Positions 25,948 through 39,590 are shown, counted from the stretch's first letter. The stretch: 64,000 nt of DNA from Lama glama (GCA_028534125.1 CM052817.1:32180001-32244000); one strand, 5' to 3'. The notes: a model not told the origin generated them from the sequence alone. Numbers and translations are program-made.

Positions 25948-26163
25948 CAGGCATTGGCAAGTTACAGCCCATGGGCCAAATTGAGCCCACCACCTGTTTT
26001 TCATAAATAAAGTTTTATGGGAACACAGCCACATCCCTTTGTTTATTATGTATTGTTTATGGCTGCTTTTGAGCTTCAATGGCAAAGAAGTTGCAACAGA
26101 GATGTTATGGCCGACAAAGCCTAGAATATTTAAGATCTGGCCATGAGAACTTACCAACCTCTG
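25948..26163. mobile_element. hAT-Charlie MER58A-like MITE inside an old L1 remnant
   Basis: caggcattggcaagttacagcccatgggccaaa...aataaagttttatgggaacacagccac...ccaacctctg; 8-bp TSD ctttatac / ctttatat. Confidence 0.85.
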
Positions 26164-29100
26164 CTTTATATTACATATTGATATTTGATGGGGCAAGTTC
26201 TTCCTCATTCTTCTTTTTCAACAATTTTTTGGCAAGTCAAGCATATTTGTTCTTTCAGGTGAACTTGAGAATCAATCTGCCAAGCTTGCCTGACTCCCTT
26301 CCTTTCCCTCTACTTCTTTTGGGCTAGGGGACAAGGAGGCAGGGAGAATAGGCATTTGGTTGCATTTAACTTGCAGTTTAATAAAGGGTGAAGTGATCGC
26401 TTTATAATACTGAATCTTTCCATTCCAGGGATATAATATCTCGGCATTTATGTCTTTTGGTAAACTTGTACTGTTTCTTCTTTTGGATGTTGCATTATTC
26501 CTACATGTATTATTGCCTTTTGTTGTTGTCATAACTGAAATCACCTTCCAGCTGTATTTTACAAGTGACTATGGCATGAAGGAAAGGTTCGGATTTTTAT
26601 GTATTTAAATTGTTTCTGACTCTCTTACAGAAGTAAACTCCTATTAGGACTGTTAATTTTTAAATTTGCTTCTTTTGGTTCATGGTCATTGTGTGAACTT
26701 ACCAATAATTGTTTTATTCCTAATATGTCTCTGTCTATACTGTGGGATTCTGTACTGAGGGTAGCTTGGGGGAAATGGACTTTGACCCTCTTCAGTGGCA
26801 TTCACTTTTTTCTGTTATACTGTTAGGTACAGCAAATGGTAATAAAAAACAGACCCCCCAAAAACCGAGAAGACTTTATGCCCAGTCAGCACTTGTTGGT
26901 CGTTTTAAGAACACCCAGAGGATCATTAAGGCAAGCTGTTAATCATGCAGGCTGTGCCTTTTTGCAGAGCCATTTGTTGCTCTTAGTGCAGAATGTACAG
27001 TTTGCGTGTCACACAGGAGAGTCCAGCCCAGTCACTGCTTTACTGTGGAGGGCTGTTTGATCATGGACTGAATTAACCGAGCTTTTATCCTCTAGAGTTG
27101 AGATGTGAGCAGGAGATTTTTATAAATCAGTTAGTACTTTCCTAAATACGTTCTCTGTAAAGCATTTGATCTTTACCCTTAACATTTATTCCTTAAGGAT
27201 GTGGAATCTATTTTAGATTTCAAGGTCTGTTACTTGCCCTGAGCACTGAGCAGATGAACCATAAATTCAATATATGTTAACCTTTGTGGATTTATCTTTT
27301 AATGCCATTTTGGTCTCTTTTCTCCCCCCTGAATCTGTCTCCTTCTTCGTGTCTTACCGTGGTGAAACTAAAGAAAAAATATTCATGTTGCTAGTTCTTT
27401 CTCTCTCTTTTTTTTTGGTGAAATGATAAGGTGGTTATGGTATTAGACCCCGGATATGTAAATAGAGAATTGCTGACATATATTGTGTGGCTTGAGACAT
27501 GAACCTGGTTACTCTGGTTGCCTGTAAAGTGAAACTTCACGTACAGAACCTGATCTTAAATGCTTTTGTTTATTTTCTCCACTGTTGAGATTATCTCCCA
27601 CTGTCATTATGAACATCAATGGGTGATGTGTGACTGCAGAAATGTCATCATAGGCTGTAGAGATGATCAGCCCATGGGCCTCAGTCACAGGGGAAGCTCC
27701 AGCTCTGATGTGGGGCTTGACCTGGACCTACAGAAAGTAGAGACCGTTGTAGATAGCTCTGTGGTATGGAAAATAGTATAATTGAATAGAGTGATAATTG
27801 ATATCTTTTATTGGGCACATACTATGGTCCAGGTGTTACATTCACTGTTTGCCACATGTAGGTATTGTAATCTTATTTTAGAGATGAGGACATTGAGATT
27901 TAGGTTAAGTAACTGGTAGACCTGAGTAACAGTTCAAACTGTTAGACATCAGAGTCAGGTTGTAAAACACAGTGATATTGTGGCAGAGATCCTGTGTGTG
28001 TGTAGAAGAATTTAGCAATTTTAATTCGTTTAGATTCTCCTGTATGAATTTTGACAGTTGAATTAACATTAGGGGGTTCTGGAGACCTCACTGCTACAAT
28101 GATATTTGACAAGCCCTTTCTCTTTTCCCTTCTATGTGGCCTCAGTGAAAAGAGATCTAGACCCTTAAGTTTTCTGTTTTTGTTTTTTGGGGGGCCCAGG
28201 AGTTTATGTTTCAAGATGTGAATGTAGAATACCATTTGTCTTCCAGTTTTTAAATTGGGAGAATACAAAAGGGGGGTTATGGCTTGGTGGTAGATGCCAG
28301 GGGCTGGGGTGGTGTAAGATTAAGCTCCCCAAAGCCTTTGCAGGTCAGGAGGGGGCTGTTGCTTCTAGTTTAAGAGCCCCCTACCCAGCTTCCAGGTTTA
28401 TGAAATACAAGCATAAGTAAATAAATACACACACATATGTGCACCCAAACACCCCACATGCTTTTTAATCTTTTTCTGTGCAAGTGCACTAATTAACATG
28501 GAAACTCAAGGTTCTGTGCACATTATGTTATCATTTACCTTCAATATGGCTAGACCATTCAGATGCCAAATAATTGACACTCTTCTGTATTTGAGGCCCT
28601 GCCCTGGTTATCTCTCAGCCAAACACTTTGCTTCTTTGGACCTTTCTCGATGGCTGTGCCTGTGGTGTCAGGCCACAGGCTCCCTCTGGGCCGGCTGGAT
28701 ACATGCACGTGTACGTGTACCTGGACGACTGCTGCTCCTGACAGTGGCCTGTGGATGTCAGGGGCTCTGCTGCCTGCTGGCCCGTCTGCCCTCCAGGCCA
28801 GCGCAGACCTGGATTCCTGGCTCGACTTAGAAAAGAAAGTGATGCTTTCTAAATACTGGCAGGCAAGTCAGCTTGCTTTCCAGATTTGGAGCAGCAGCCC
28901 TGAGTCCAGCCCCAGCAGAGGCAACTTGAAAATTGTAGTGTCTGCTCTTTGCATCTGATGTGTGTCCCGAATAAAATATTCCAGTGAGGGGCAATGTTTT
29001 TCTATTTTATCAGAATGGCATAACTTTGAGAGTTAGAGTATCTTTTCAAGGTTACTTTCAGACTAATCCTTTCTAATCTTTTTGATAGTAAAGAAAAGGA

Positions 29101-30056
29101 ACTAATATAAATCCTGATTTTATGAAAATATCTCTGTTGATGCTTATTCAAATATGAAATTACTCATAGACTTTTAACTCATATTCACATAGCCTAGTAT
29201 GTATGCAAGCATACTTAACTTTATAAAAAAAATATGAAATTGGAGATTCAAAAGTCTAACGTTTTAACTTAAAAGTTTAATGTTGTGCAGGATTGTAAGA
29301 CAGAGCAACTTAATTCGTCTTGTGTGTATGACTTGGTGTGCAGCTCTGAAGTTATTAGAGATGCTTCGTGGAGACAGTCTTTGATTTGTTTCTCCGTGAG
29401 TGTGAGCTCTGCCCTTGTGCTTCTGGTTCTACGGCACGTTTTACTATCGCAGTGCAGATAACTACAAACTCCCTCACAGGGCACTGGCTGCTTGCAGCTG
29501 AGTCCTTTGATCTGTCCGTCTTGTTAAATAGCAGGGGGAGGGGCCTAGATTCCCTTTCTGCTTAGTTGTATAAGAGCCAACAAAATGAGTATATTGTAAG
29601 AAATGCTGAATGGTTGAGATGCTTTCCTATTATTTCTTTCCAGGAGCTTGATGTTGTGCTTGGTTCTGGAGAAGAGAAAGGGAAAGAGAAAGTGAACATG
29701 TTTCATTTGAGATCTGTCTTCCATTTGTGTGACTTGTTTAATTTGCTGACATTGATACTTTTCTATCAGGCTCAACTTCGTTGCTCATAGGATATTATAA
29801 CTACTGAAGTATTTTTGTTTTACCTTATAATTCACATGAACATTTCATGAACTTGAACATTTGGTTGGGAATTTAACTTTATTGTTAGACTATTTCTAAG
29901 AGGTTGGTAGTTGCATGTTGTATCTTATTAAGTATCAATGGAGATAGTATTCAGTTGTATCAAAACATGTGTTTATCTTTACTTCTGAACTCTTTAATAG
30001 TCTTTTTGCAGTATGGGAAATAAATGACACTGAATTTTCCATTTTTTCTTTTAAAG

Positions 30057-30127
30057 ACTTTCAGTTGAACTCTCATCTCTCAACACTGGCAAATATTCAT
30101 AAGATCTACCACACCCTTAATAAGCTA
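30057..30127 (+). CDS. DCUN1D4: DCUN1D4 exon 2, 71 nt ((N)[23 protein letters not shown])
   Basis: Acceptor ttttttcttttaaag|AC; donor CTA|gtaagt. Confidence 0.95.
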
Positions 30128-30304
30128 GTAAGTCAATCTTTTAAAGACAAACTACCAACTATTTAAAGTAGTTGTTTTAAGTGTATTTGATAAAAATTTA
30201 AATTATGGATATTACGATATTGGCTGTTTATGAAAATACTGAATTTTTAAATTTGCTGCATGATATGTGTGATTTCTTGGTAATAATGAACATATTTCTT
30301 GCAG

Positions 30305-30344
30305 AATCTAACAGAAGACGTTGGCCAAGACGATCACCAAACAG
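30305..30344 (+). CDS. DCUN1D4: DCUN1D4 exon 3, 40 nt (NLTEDVGQDDHQT(G))
   Basis: Acceptor tttcttgcag|AAT; donor CAG|gtatct; keeps the frame between exons 2 and 4. Confidence 0.92.
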
Positions 30345-30811
30345 GTATCTGTAAATGCTAACACTACTTAATTTTAAATAAACTTCCTAATATAAAGTTA
30401 TGAAGGAGAAACGCCAGCTGAGAATGCTCTGTGTTATTACAGCACATTCCATTAACAAGTTGTTACTCGGTTGAGGATGTTTTTCAGGGTGTATGAAGGC
30501 AGCCATGTTACAGCTCCTTCCCACCAGGAAAGCAGTTCTGGTTTAGGACAGAGAACTTCAGTGCCTTTAAAGGGAAACCTCTAGGGATTCTCTTCAGTGG
30601 TTTTAAGATACCGTTTCTCTACTGAAGTATTTTAGTTAATACCAAAAAGTTGCTACTGTAATGCAGTTGAAAAGTATTCCATAGATGTTTGTTGAATTGA
30701 GATGTAAAATGAATTGACAGGTAGGGAGCGGTGTGTGTGTGTGTTGTGTAGGTTGTGAGGATTTCTGAATGGGAAAATTGCAAGTTGATTATTGTAAACA
30801 GTTCTTTAGCC

Positions 30812-31012
30812 CCTTGGTTCTCAGACTCCAGCTGGCATCATGGTTGCCTGGGGAGGGCTTGTTAGAACGGGTTGCTAGGCTCTGCCCCCCCCCCCCCCCG
30901 CCCAGTTCCTGACTCTGGAGGTCTGGGCTGGGGTCCCAAAGCCTGCATTCCTCACCGGCTCCCAGGCCATGCTGATGCAGCTGGTCTGGGGGCCACAATG
31001 TGAGAACCCCTT
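30812..31012. mobile_element. hAT-Charlie MER5A-like MITE with internal poly-C
   Basis: tggttctcagact...ggtctgggctggggtccc...tgctgatgcagctggtc...gagaacc terminal inverted repeats. Confidence 0.8.
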
Positions 31013-34000
31013 CTCTAAACCGTTGATGGTCATGAAGTTCAGAAACTTGCACTTGATCTGTAGTTATGAAAATTTCTAGGAAGAGTTGTTAAAATGTGTT
31101 TTAAATTTGTTGAAAAATACCACAGGTATATATGAATACGTGCTTGTTAGAGAGTTGTGAATAGCACAAAAGCAAATGGAATAAAAAGTGCCAGTCCTCC
31201 TAAACGGCTCGCAGTCCAGTCTTCCCCTGGTACGCCGTTTAATGTTTGTTCCTTCAGACATTTTTGTACCTGCATGTATTTTTATAGTAGTGGGTTTTTT
31301 AAATTTAGCATCAATGAGCTCATACTGTACATTCGATGTAACACTGTTCTTTCATTTAATTTTTTATTTAATGGTATGTCTTGGAGGTTGTTGGGATCTA
31401 GACCTGTCCCTCCCCTCCAGATGGGTTCAGGCACAAGATGGAGATTAAAGTAACAGTTTTGTTGGAAAACAGCCTGGATGAGCAGCAAAAAATGCAGAGG
31501 CTTTTCAGTATTTCACCTGAATTAAATAGCCTTAGATGCTGCCACAAGTAGTTAAGCACCACCCTCTTGCTGGCCCGCCTCAAACTCCCCACTAATGACA
31601 GAGGAAGGGTGTCAGCTTCTGCTGGCCAGCTGATCCGAAAGGGAGTTCAGCCGGGGCTGGGCCCTTCTGCTCAGTTCCTCCTTGCCGGACTGCGAGCTAC
31701 ATCGGACTCTCCACTCCTTCCAGGGAAGGGGGTGAGCGGAGGGGGCAGAGACCATGACGAGTGTGTTCTAGAAGGCCAGGCTGCAGAGGGTCCCTTCACC
31801 TGATCTTTCTGTTTCAGTAAATATAGGTCAGCTCAAAGGTAGTCAAAAACAGCTTCCTTAATAACTTTGAAAGTGATTTGTTCACATGGTTTTAAAAGAA
31901 GTGTGAGAGGTGTAAACAGACAGTGGAGGCTTCTGTCCCGTTGTATGAGCCCTAGCTCCCGTCCCCGCTGGCGCTCCACCCTTGACTCTCCAGACACAAC
32001 TCCTAGGCTCTTGTATTTGCTTCCTGAATGATGATGACACTGATATATTTTCCCCAAGTACAAGTGTACATTTGTGTTGTCCTCTTGTTTCTGTCAGTAT
32101 ATCTTGGAGATCTTTTCATAGCAGCACATTTATAAAGCTTTATTTTTTAATGACTGCTTGATTTTCTATTCCATATTTAAGTGTGTGTAACTTTTAGCTA
32201 CTACCAATAATGCTGAACATAATTTTCAGTGCCAGTTTTAATAGTCCAGAAAAACGCAGTTCTCTCATATTCTGAAACAGTATATTGGTAGGCACTGGAG
32301 ATTTTTTTAAACTTCAGAGTTAGTGTAGTTTTGACTTTTTTTAAAACCAAATTTTGTATTTGTAAAGGCTTTGGGTTGTCTTTCCCTTGGCTAAGGTAAT
32401 AAAACATCAGGGTTCTGAGTCTCATACGTTACGTAGTGAACGTTGAGCTTTGGATTTAAATGAGTGTTGTTATGATAGTAATTTCATATCTAAATATTTA
32501 ACCTGAATGTGGCAGTTTAATAGTTGTAAGCTATCATTAAGGAAGATGAAAGTGGAGAGTGTGTTTGACCTCGTGCCTCCTTTTCCGCCCTTGGGGACGG
32601 TGGACATGTCTGGTGTTTGGTGCACGACATGCTGGCGCCGCGCCTGGTACCTCGGACGTGCCAGTCAATGTCAGTTAGCATTAGTAATTTCGTAGAGTAG
32701 TCCAGTTCATTAATGTTCCTCCATCTGGTTACAGCATCACTTGTGATCCCCGTACCTGACAGAGTATACTTTAAAAGTTAAACAACATAGATCTCTAATG
32801 TTTGGAAATGTGAGAAAGTTCATCACTGTAGTGCCTCTTCAGATCTCTTGGCTCAACAGTAGTCTGAGAGTTTCTATAACAACTGTATATGGAAGAGCCA
32901 AACCAAGTGCAAAAGAGGCCAGTGTCTTCCTGCTCTGTCTCCTCTAACACTTTTCTTTGGTGCTTTCCGTCTTCCTCCCACCAAAAAAAAAAGGAGGGGG
33001 AAAAAGGAGAGAGAGCGTGTAGGTTAATATTGGAGAAGTAGCCCAAAATACTGGGAGTGAACTTAAAAAGCTAAAGAGGACCAAAAAAACATGATGAAGG
33101 AGGATGATAGTTGTTGAAAGTCAGTGTTATTTAGAGAGAAAGGAAAGGAAGTATTTTGGTCTCAAACAGTAGGATAAAAATTGCATATTTAGACACTAAT
33201 AGTTTTACTCAAGCAAGCAAGTAGTTCAGTGATCTGTTCAGGAAATTGAAATAAAATATTAGGTACTGATAAGATGTCTTAAAATGCAACCTATTTATCA
33301 ACTTAAATTATTATGTCTTTGTGACATTGTTCAGTGAAAAAGAAGGTGAAATAGCTGTATGAAAAGTATTGAAGTGGCAAAGTGTACCATATAAAATGTT
33401 ATTAAGTGAATCAAGGCTATATGATACAACAGACTCATTAAAATGAAAATTAGTGAGATTTTTGTATTGGAATATGCATTTATACTAAGTTCAGGAAAGT
33501 CAGAAAAATTTTCTAATTGTATAGATCTCTTATTTGGGGATGATTAGAAACTTGGCACACAATTTAATATGTCTTAAAAGAAATGAATCCTGCACAGGAC
33601 TTTTTTTTTCACTTGAGGCTCACAAGCAAAAAGATTTTTTAAAAAAGAAAGTAGTGGCACACCTACTTAGATATACTGTTTATTAAGAATAACATGCTTA
33701 GTTAAATTATCAAAACAGCTGCATAGGTATTAAAAGGCCTTCAGTCTGATCCAGGTGAACTCAAATTGCTCTTTAAAATTGATTTTTCTGGGACCAAATA
33801 TTAGAATAGATATGATAAAAATGTTGGCAGTATTTCTAGTTGTTTAATGTGGGGAGAATAGTTATATTCATTGACTACCTGGTTTACTTGAAAATACTGT
33901 CAGTTACTAAAATACTTTATTTGTTCTCTTTGAACATTGAACCAAAAAGAAATGAACCTGAACGCAAGTCCTAACCTTTGGGTAAAAAATATAAACAATC

Positions 34001-36439
34001 TGTGTTGTCTTCCTGAGGATCATACAGACACCTCTGCATCAAGAAAGAGCTTCTAATGATGGGGGAGTTGGGAAGGTTGATTTCAGAGTCCCTGTCCAGC
34101 TAATGTAGGGATGTTGCAGACTGAGCACCGAAGACCTGGCACAGTAACACGGAGGAGCCTGGGTCTTAGTCGGGTTTACTAGCTGGGGTGATTTGTCTCT
34201 TCCTCTTCCCACTTCTCTGTTATATAGGAAAAGCCTTTCCCTCTTTCATAAGATGTTTCTGATGCAATGTAGATGGATCCCTGAAGTCTTTTTCACCACT
34301 GTTTTTCTTGGGTGATTGGCAAAGATTGAAAACTTGCAGCCGTATTATTTTAAATTAATTTCGGGTTTCTTAAAGTTCATTAGGAAATCGCTTTTATTTG
34401 TTAAGTATTTATTTGAATAGGAGCTTTAGGTGCTCAACTTGATCGGCTAGTTTTCTTATTTGTAGAATTGGGGTGGTAATAACACCTCTTAGGTTTGTGA
34501 AGATGACTTTGAAAGTGCTTTGTAGTTATTATTTTAAAATGTCAACCTTAATATTTTGTCTCTATCTGTAATGTCAGCTTGTTTGTGCCTAAGTAGATAT
34601 TTTTAGTGAGTTAGAATAGCTTATTCTTTGAAGCAGGTAGACATTCCATAACAGTCTTGTTTATATTACTTGCTTACTTAATTTTTTTTTAGTTTAAAAA
34701 TAAAGGGTAGATAAAGTAATGCAAGTTTTGAGTCAGTAAAGTCTAAATTTAATGATATAAATAAGTACAGATTTGTAAAACATTCATTTAGCTTTAAGTG
34801 TTTATATTATAAAGACATCACAGAGTTATTTTAAGAAGCAAACATTCTTGAATATTTGTATATAAAAGAAAATCCTACCTGCCAGGAAACTTAAAGTCGA
34901 GTGCTTGCCTTAACTGACGAATGGGGGGAAAAATCTGAAATGGTGATGTGTTATCTATTCATAGGGGTTTCAAATCAATGGAAGTGTACTGATTTGAGCA
35001 GAATTTGATTGACACAAATTTTGAATAAATGTTTTAGGAACACATTTATTCAAAAACTATTCTTGGAAGGTTGACCGTAGGACTGTTAGTGATGCGTGTG
35101 TCTTATTATGACCGTGGTAAGATGCTGCATTAGCTGCTCCGTCTGCACAGGTGAGCCAGGCGGGGCCTACAAACAGGTGTACTTTCGTGCATGAACTTAA
35201 AGACCCGAGTTGTTGCTCTTGCTCAGGTAGGCTCCCTAGAGCCACGCTGGGGGTGGGGGAGCAGGTTTCGGGCCACCAGGCCTTGAGTTGTGTGCCCTCT
35301 GTGTGTTTTTGTTGACTTGGTTCATGTTGTCAAATTATTTGAAGTAAACTTGTTTTCCTCAACGTTAAAAAATTGCTTTTGAGGTAGCCTGAAACTTTTC
35401 ACTGTCATGCTGGGCCCTAGGGTTCTCCCTGTGGAGCTGTGCTCTGTCGTCCTTTGGACCTTCACTGGGGTATGACTTAGACTCATCCTTCCTGGGAGAG
35501 GGGTGAGAGGTCAGTGAGCCAGTGGTACCTGAGCTGTAATGGTCACTGGGATGAGAAGACACTGTTTCATTGTGAAAGATGCCCCTAGCAGTCACTTGCT
35601 TATTATGGCAGGTTAGAGTGGAGGGATCTGAACAAATGCCATGGGAATAAATGAAAATAAAATGCCAAATGTGGGATAATTTGGGGCTAAAATACGAGTA
35701 AGTTTTACACAGACATCAGGAAAAGTGATTCGGGAAACTTTAACAGAAAGCGTTCATCAGTAAGGAAAAAAAAACTGAATAAGTTAACTTAGGATGTTTG
35801 CATGTTTGCCGGAGACATACTCTCTCTTGTGGGGTAGGAGTCAGTGAGAGCCAGGCGTAGTACCGGTGTTTCTGTGGAGAGACAAATAGTAGAGGAGCTG
35901 GTGGATTGATCTTTACTGGTGAATGTTGGTGAAGGCATTGTTTTAAATACTGTCCGCCTTCCCACGGTCTGAGGGGAAAAGTGCATTTCCTCTGCGTTCT
36001 GCAAACACTGGCGGACGGAGGGGTTACTGCCTCTGGTAAGGCAAGACGTACTTTCTCATTCCGCAGGCCCCACCCCAAGGCATTAGGGACAGGAAGGAAT
36101 CTTGTCTTGTCTGTGGGTGGCTGTCCAGACCTTTCTGTGTGCCTCAGTGTACGCGGGGCTGTCGCCCACGGGGGAGAGGGGCGGGGTGCACAGGGGTGGC
36201 AGCCCTGTCCTGTGTGGCTGACCACCCGCCCCCGCCGCCCCCCCCCCGCCCCCGGTGCTCTCTCCTCCTTGACTTCCCTTGGTTACACTGGCTCAGGTTT
36301 TCTCCCCACCTCGGGCTTCCCCTTCCTTCCCAGCCCCAATGTCGACACTCCCCGGGGCTCTGGCCTCGGGTCCCTGCTTCTCAGTCTCTGCTGTCAGGGC
36401 CACGTGGAGATGGCCAGGAGTTTGGGCCTTGCTGCCAGG

Positions 36440-37330
36440 CAGCTCAGGTTCCTTCCTTAACTTCACCTCCTGCTTTCCAGCTGCTCCTCCATCCCTCTGC
36501 TTGAGTTTGCTCATGTGTAAAATAGGGGACGCAGACAACACCTCCACCATAGGGTGGGTGTGAGGATCCAGTGAGCACTGAGGTTCAGCCCGAGCTCACA
36601 CCCGCAGCGTGGCGTCAGAGTCCAGCACCTACCTACGTGCACCTGAACACTCATCAAGTGGATGTCTCTTCTTCACAAAACTCCTGAGAGGTAGATATCC
36701 CAGATGACGTAGAGGCAGATTCTTCAAATGATGAACTGGAGACCCAGAATAAGTCAGTGCCTGACGGAGGCCTGTAGTAAGGTGAAGAGCTGGAACTTGT
36801 TCACTGGGTGCAGATCACGCACCCCAGCACCCAGTGCTTTCTCATCCTGTGGCTCAGTGAGGGCCTAGCGTCTTGCACCAGGGGCCAGTGGAAGTAGGAG
36901 AGACGTGCGGTCCAGAATTCACCACTTAACACTTCTGAGACCTTGGAGAGCCTCAGTCTTAGTTTTCCCGTCTGTCAGTAGAGATAATTATCTCTGCCTG
37001 CCTGTCATTCAGGGTGGTTGTGGGAAACAACTGACGTATTATCTCTGATAGCACTTGTGCCAAGATGGGATGTTTTAATTATCTTATAATTGTCTTGTAA
37101 TTTATAACAATTTAAGACAGTGAGACTGTCTGGGTTTGAACTCCAGTTTTTCCACTTAGCTGACCTTTCTCTGCCTCCGTTTTCTTATCTGCACAGCCAG
37201 CAATGATTATTCTTCTTTCATAAGCTTGTTGTGAGGTTCAGTGAGTTCATACGTGTTAAGAACAGGGCATGGCTCATGGTAAGGTCTCAGTAAGTGTTCC
37301 ATGCTGTTATTGTCTGTTGTTGTTACATTT
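36440..37330. mobile_element. Cluster of about 4 MIR fragments in both orientations
   Basis: Repeated MIR cores, e.g. ctgggtttgaactccag...ctctgcctccgttttcttatctg (37130-37190) and caaatgatgaactggagacccaga (36725). Confidence 0.65.
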
Positions 37331-37958
37331 TAATACCTTCTACCAGGTGAAAGTTGTGCTTCTGAAAACCCTGACCAGAAGTGGCAGAATTTCCTTCAAG
37401 TGGCAGAAACAAAACTAAAAATGATTATGGTCGTTTTGCTCAAGATTGTGTCAGATTTTTGCCCTAAAAATCAAAATCTTGTTTTTTAAAAATCAGATAT
37501 GCCTTGAAGCTTAAGAATGTTGGGACTGATGTGTTTGTATGTATTTTAGGTCCAAGGTCACCAGTCAAGCTGGCCTTGCTTAATGAGTTATGGAAACGCG
37601 ATAGCAGCACAATTCCTTTTGAAGGAGCATTGACATGTAAAAGAAGCTGGAAGTGTAGAAGATTTATATTAGCATTTTTGGAGAGTAAACTGAAGTTATG
37701 ATAACTGTCATTTCTGGTGTGGGTTTTTTTTGGGGGGGGAGTAATAGATTATTTGTGTCATTGCTAGGTTTATTTCTTGACCGTAACATTTTCTCTAAGA
37801 GGAACTAAAAGCCACTTTTTCACCTTACAGCATTTGTAGATAACATCTAAACTCTTTGCAGTACAAGCCACGGCCGCTTTTCCTTTAGCAGTGATGTCCC
37901 ACGGAAGGGTTTCGACGTGGCACTCCTGACTTTTGTGCTCTTCGACCCTGTTTTGTAG

Positions 37959-38073
37959 GAAGTCTGCGGTCTTGCAGTTCTTCGGACTGCTTTAGTAAAG
38001 TGATGCCGCCGAGGAAAAAGAGAAGACCTGCCTCTGGAGATGACTTATCTGCCAAGAAAAGCAGACACGATAG
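37959..38073 (+). CDS. DCUN1D4: DCUN1D4 exon 4, 115 nt ([37 protein letters not shown](S))
   Basis: Acceptor ctgttttgtag|GA; donor TAG|gtacgt; encodes a basic NLS-like PRKKRR. Confidence 0.95.
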
Positions 38074-39249
38074 GTACGTGGCAGAGACCCTGCATCTGGA
38101 ATGGTGGCGTGCATGCCTGAGAGGCACCCTTCTGGCCAGGCCCAAGTGCCAGCTAGAATATTGCTGTGGTCCTGGCCAGGCAGACTTTAAAAGTGTAATT
38201 CTTTCGTGGTACTTATTTAATGTGTGGGTTTATGAAACAAAAACAAATTAGGTCATCTGAGTTCTGATAAATTCAAGTTTTATCGTAGTCCATTGATCCA
38301 CTAAAACTGGTGTAGAGTTTCTTTCCTTTTAAGGGCCTGCGGTCTGTGCCTGCTGAGGACCTCAGGATTGCATGTATCTGTTCTTGACGAGGGTCGCACG
38401 GGAGTCCCATAGCTGGCAAGGACCGGGTCCGAGTGGCTGGGGAGAGCTGCCTGTACCGAATGCTCTAAGCCTGCCTGGATTATTAGTCGAGCTGAGGTTT
38501 ATTCTCAGAAGAGCGAGAATTTGCTTGAAACCATGAAAAACAAAACTGTTGAGATCACTTCTTTCAGACAAGTGATCTGTTAGTTTTGGTAACTCCCCGG
38601 GCCTGTTAAACTTTCTTATTTTAGGCATCTTTACTGATTCCCCCTGATTTTAATAGCCATTTTTTGGTTCTCTCTTTTCTTTTCTTTCTTTTCCTTCAAA
38701 CAATGACCAGACAGCATCGTTTTCATCTTTCCAGCCTTTTCCCATCTTCCTCCTCTCGGCTCAGTAGGTCACTTCACTTCACTAGGAGGCCTGAATTACC
38801 ACACTGATAAATCGAGGGGGTTGGATGAGATTTTTCTGCTTCTTTCCTGTTGTGATACTTCATATGCTACAGCTCTCGCAGGGATAGAGAGGGGGACTCT
38901 GAAATGTGAAAGTCATGTCACTGTTCATATTTCCAATGAGCGGGAAATAGTACCTGAAAGAAGATAGCAGTGATTAAAAGATAATCCCAACAATGTTTAG
39001 ACTAGTGATTCAGCTTTGATGTGTAGATGTGATTATCAGGAAATTGTTAAATTCTAACAGTCACATAGCATGACTGTATAGAGCACTTACTGTTTTTTCA
39101 CCACAGCCTAGCATCATTTAGCATGATAAAAGCCAGTCTGAAACCCGGTAGCTGAACTGCAGAAGGGCGTGAGGTACTACTACTGAGAGCATTTTAGTGG
39201 TCATCCAAGGGATGGGGAGCTTAGCATTATCTGAGTTTTATTCTCGGTC

Positions 39250-39590
39250 TTTTTAAAAAACAACTTTGTTTACATACCACAGCGTGCACAATCTTAAGTG
39301 TACAATTCAGTGATTTTTTACTAAGTTGTTAGAGTTGTGCAGCCATCACTGCAATTCAGCCCAGTGTGAGCCCTGATGCCCATATACATTTACTCCCTGT
39401 TCTTACTCCCAGCCCCAGGCAACCACGAATTTACTTTCTGTGGATTTCTCTTTTCTGGGCATTTCACATAAATGGTCTTTTTGTGCCTCTCTTATTTCAC
39501 TTAGCATCCTTTTATTGAGGTTCATCCATATATGTAAAAGTATGTGTTAGTATTTTGTGTCTTTTATTTGCTGAATATTATTTCCTTATC
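39250..39590 (-). mobile_element. Old L1 3' end
   Basis: cttaagtgtacaattcagtgatttttt...gttgtgcagccatcac...ccccaggcaaccac.aatttactttctg. Confidence 0.75.

Noticed and set aside
30345..30352. Exon 3 donor gtatctgt as a U12-type site
   Set aside because: Does not match RTATCCTT. All eight coding-exon donors in the window look U2-type.
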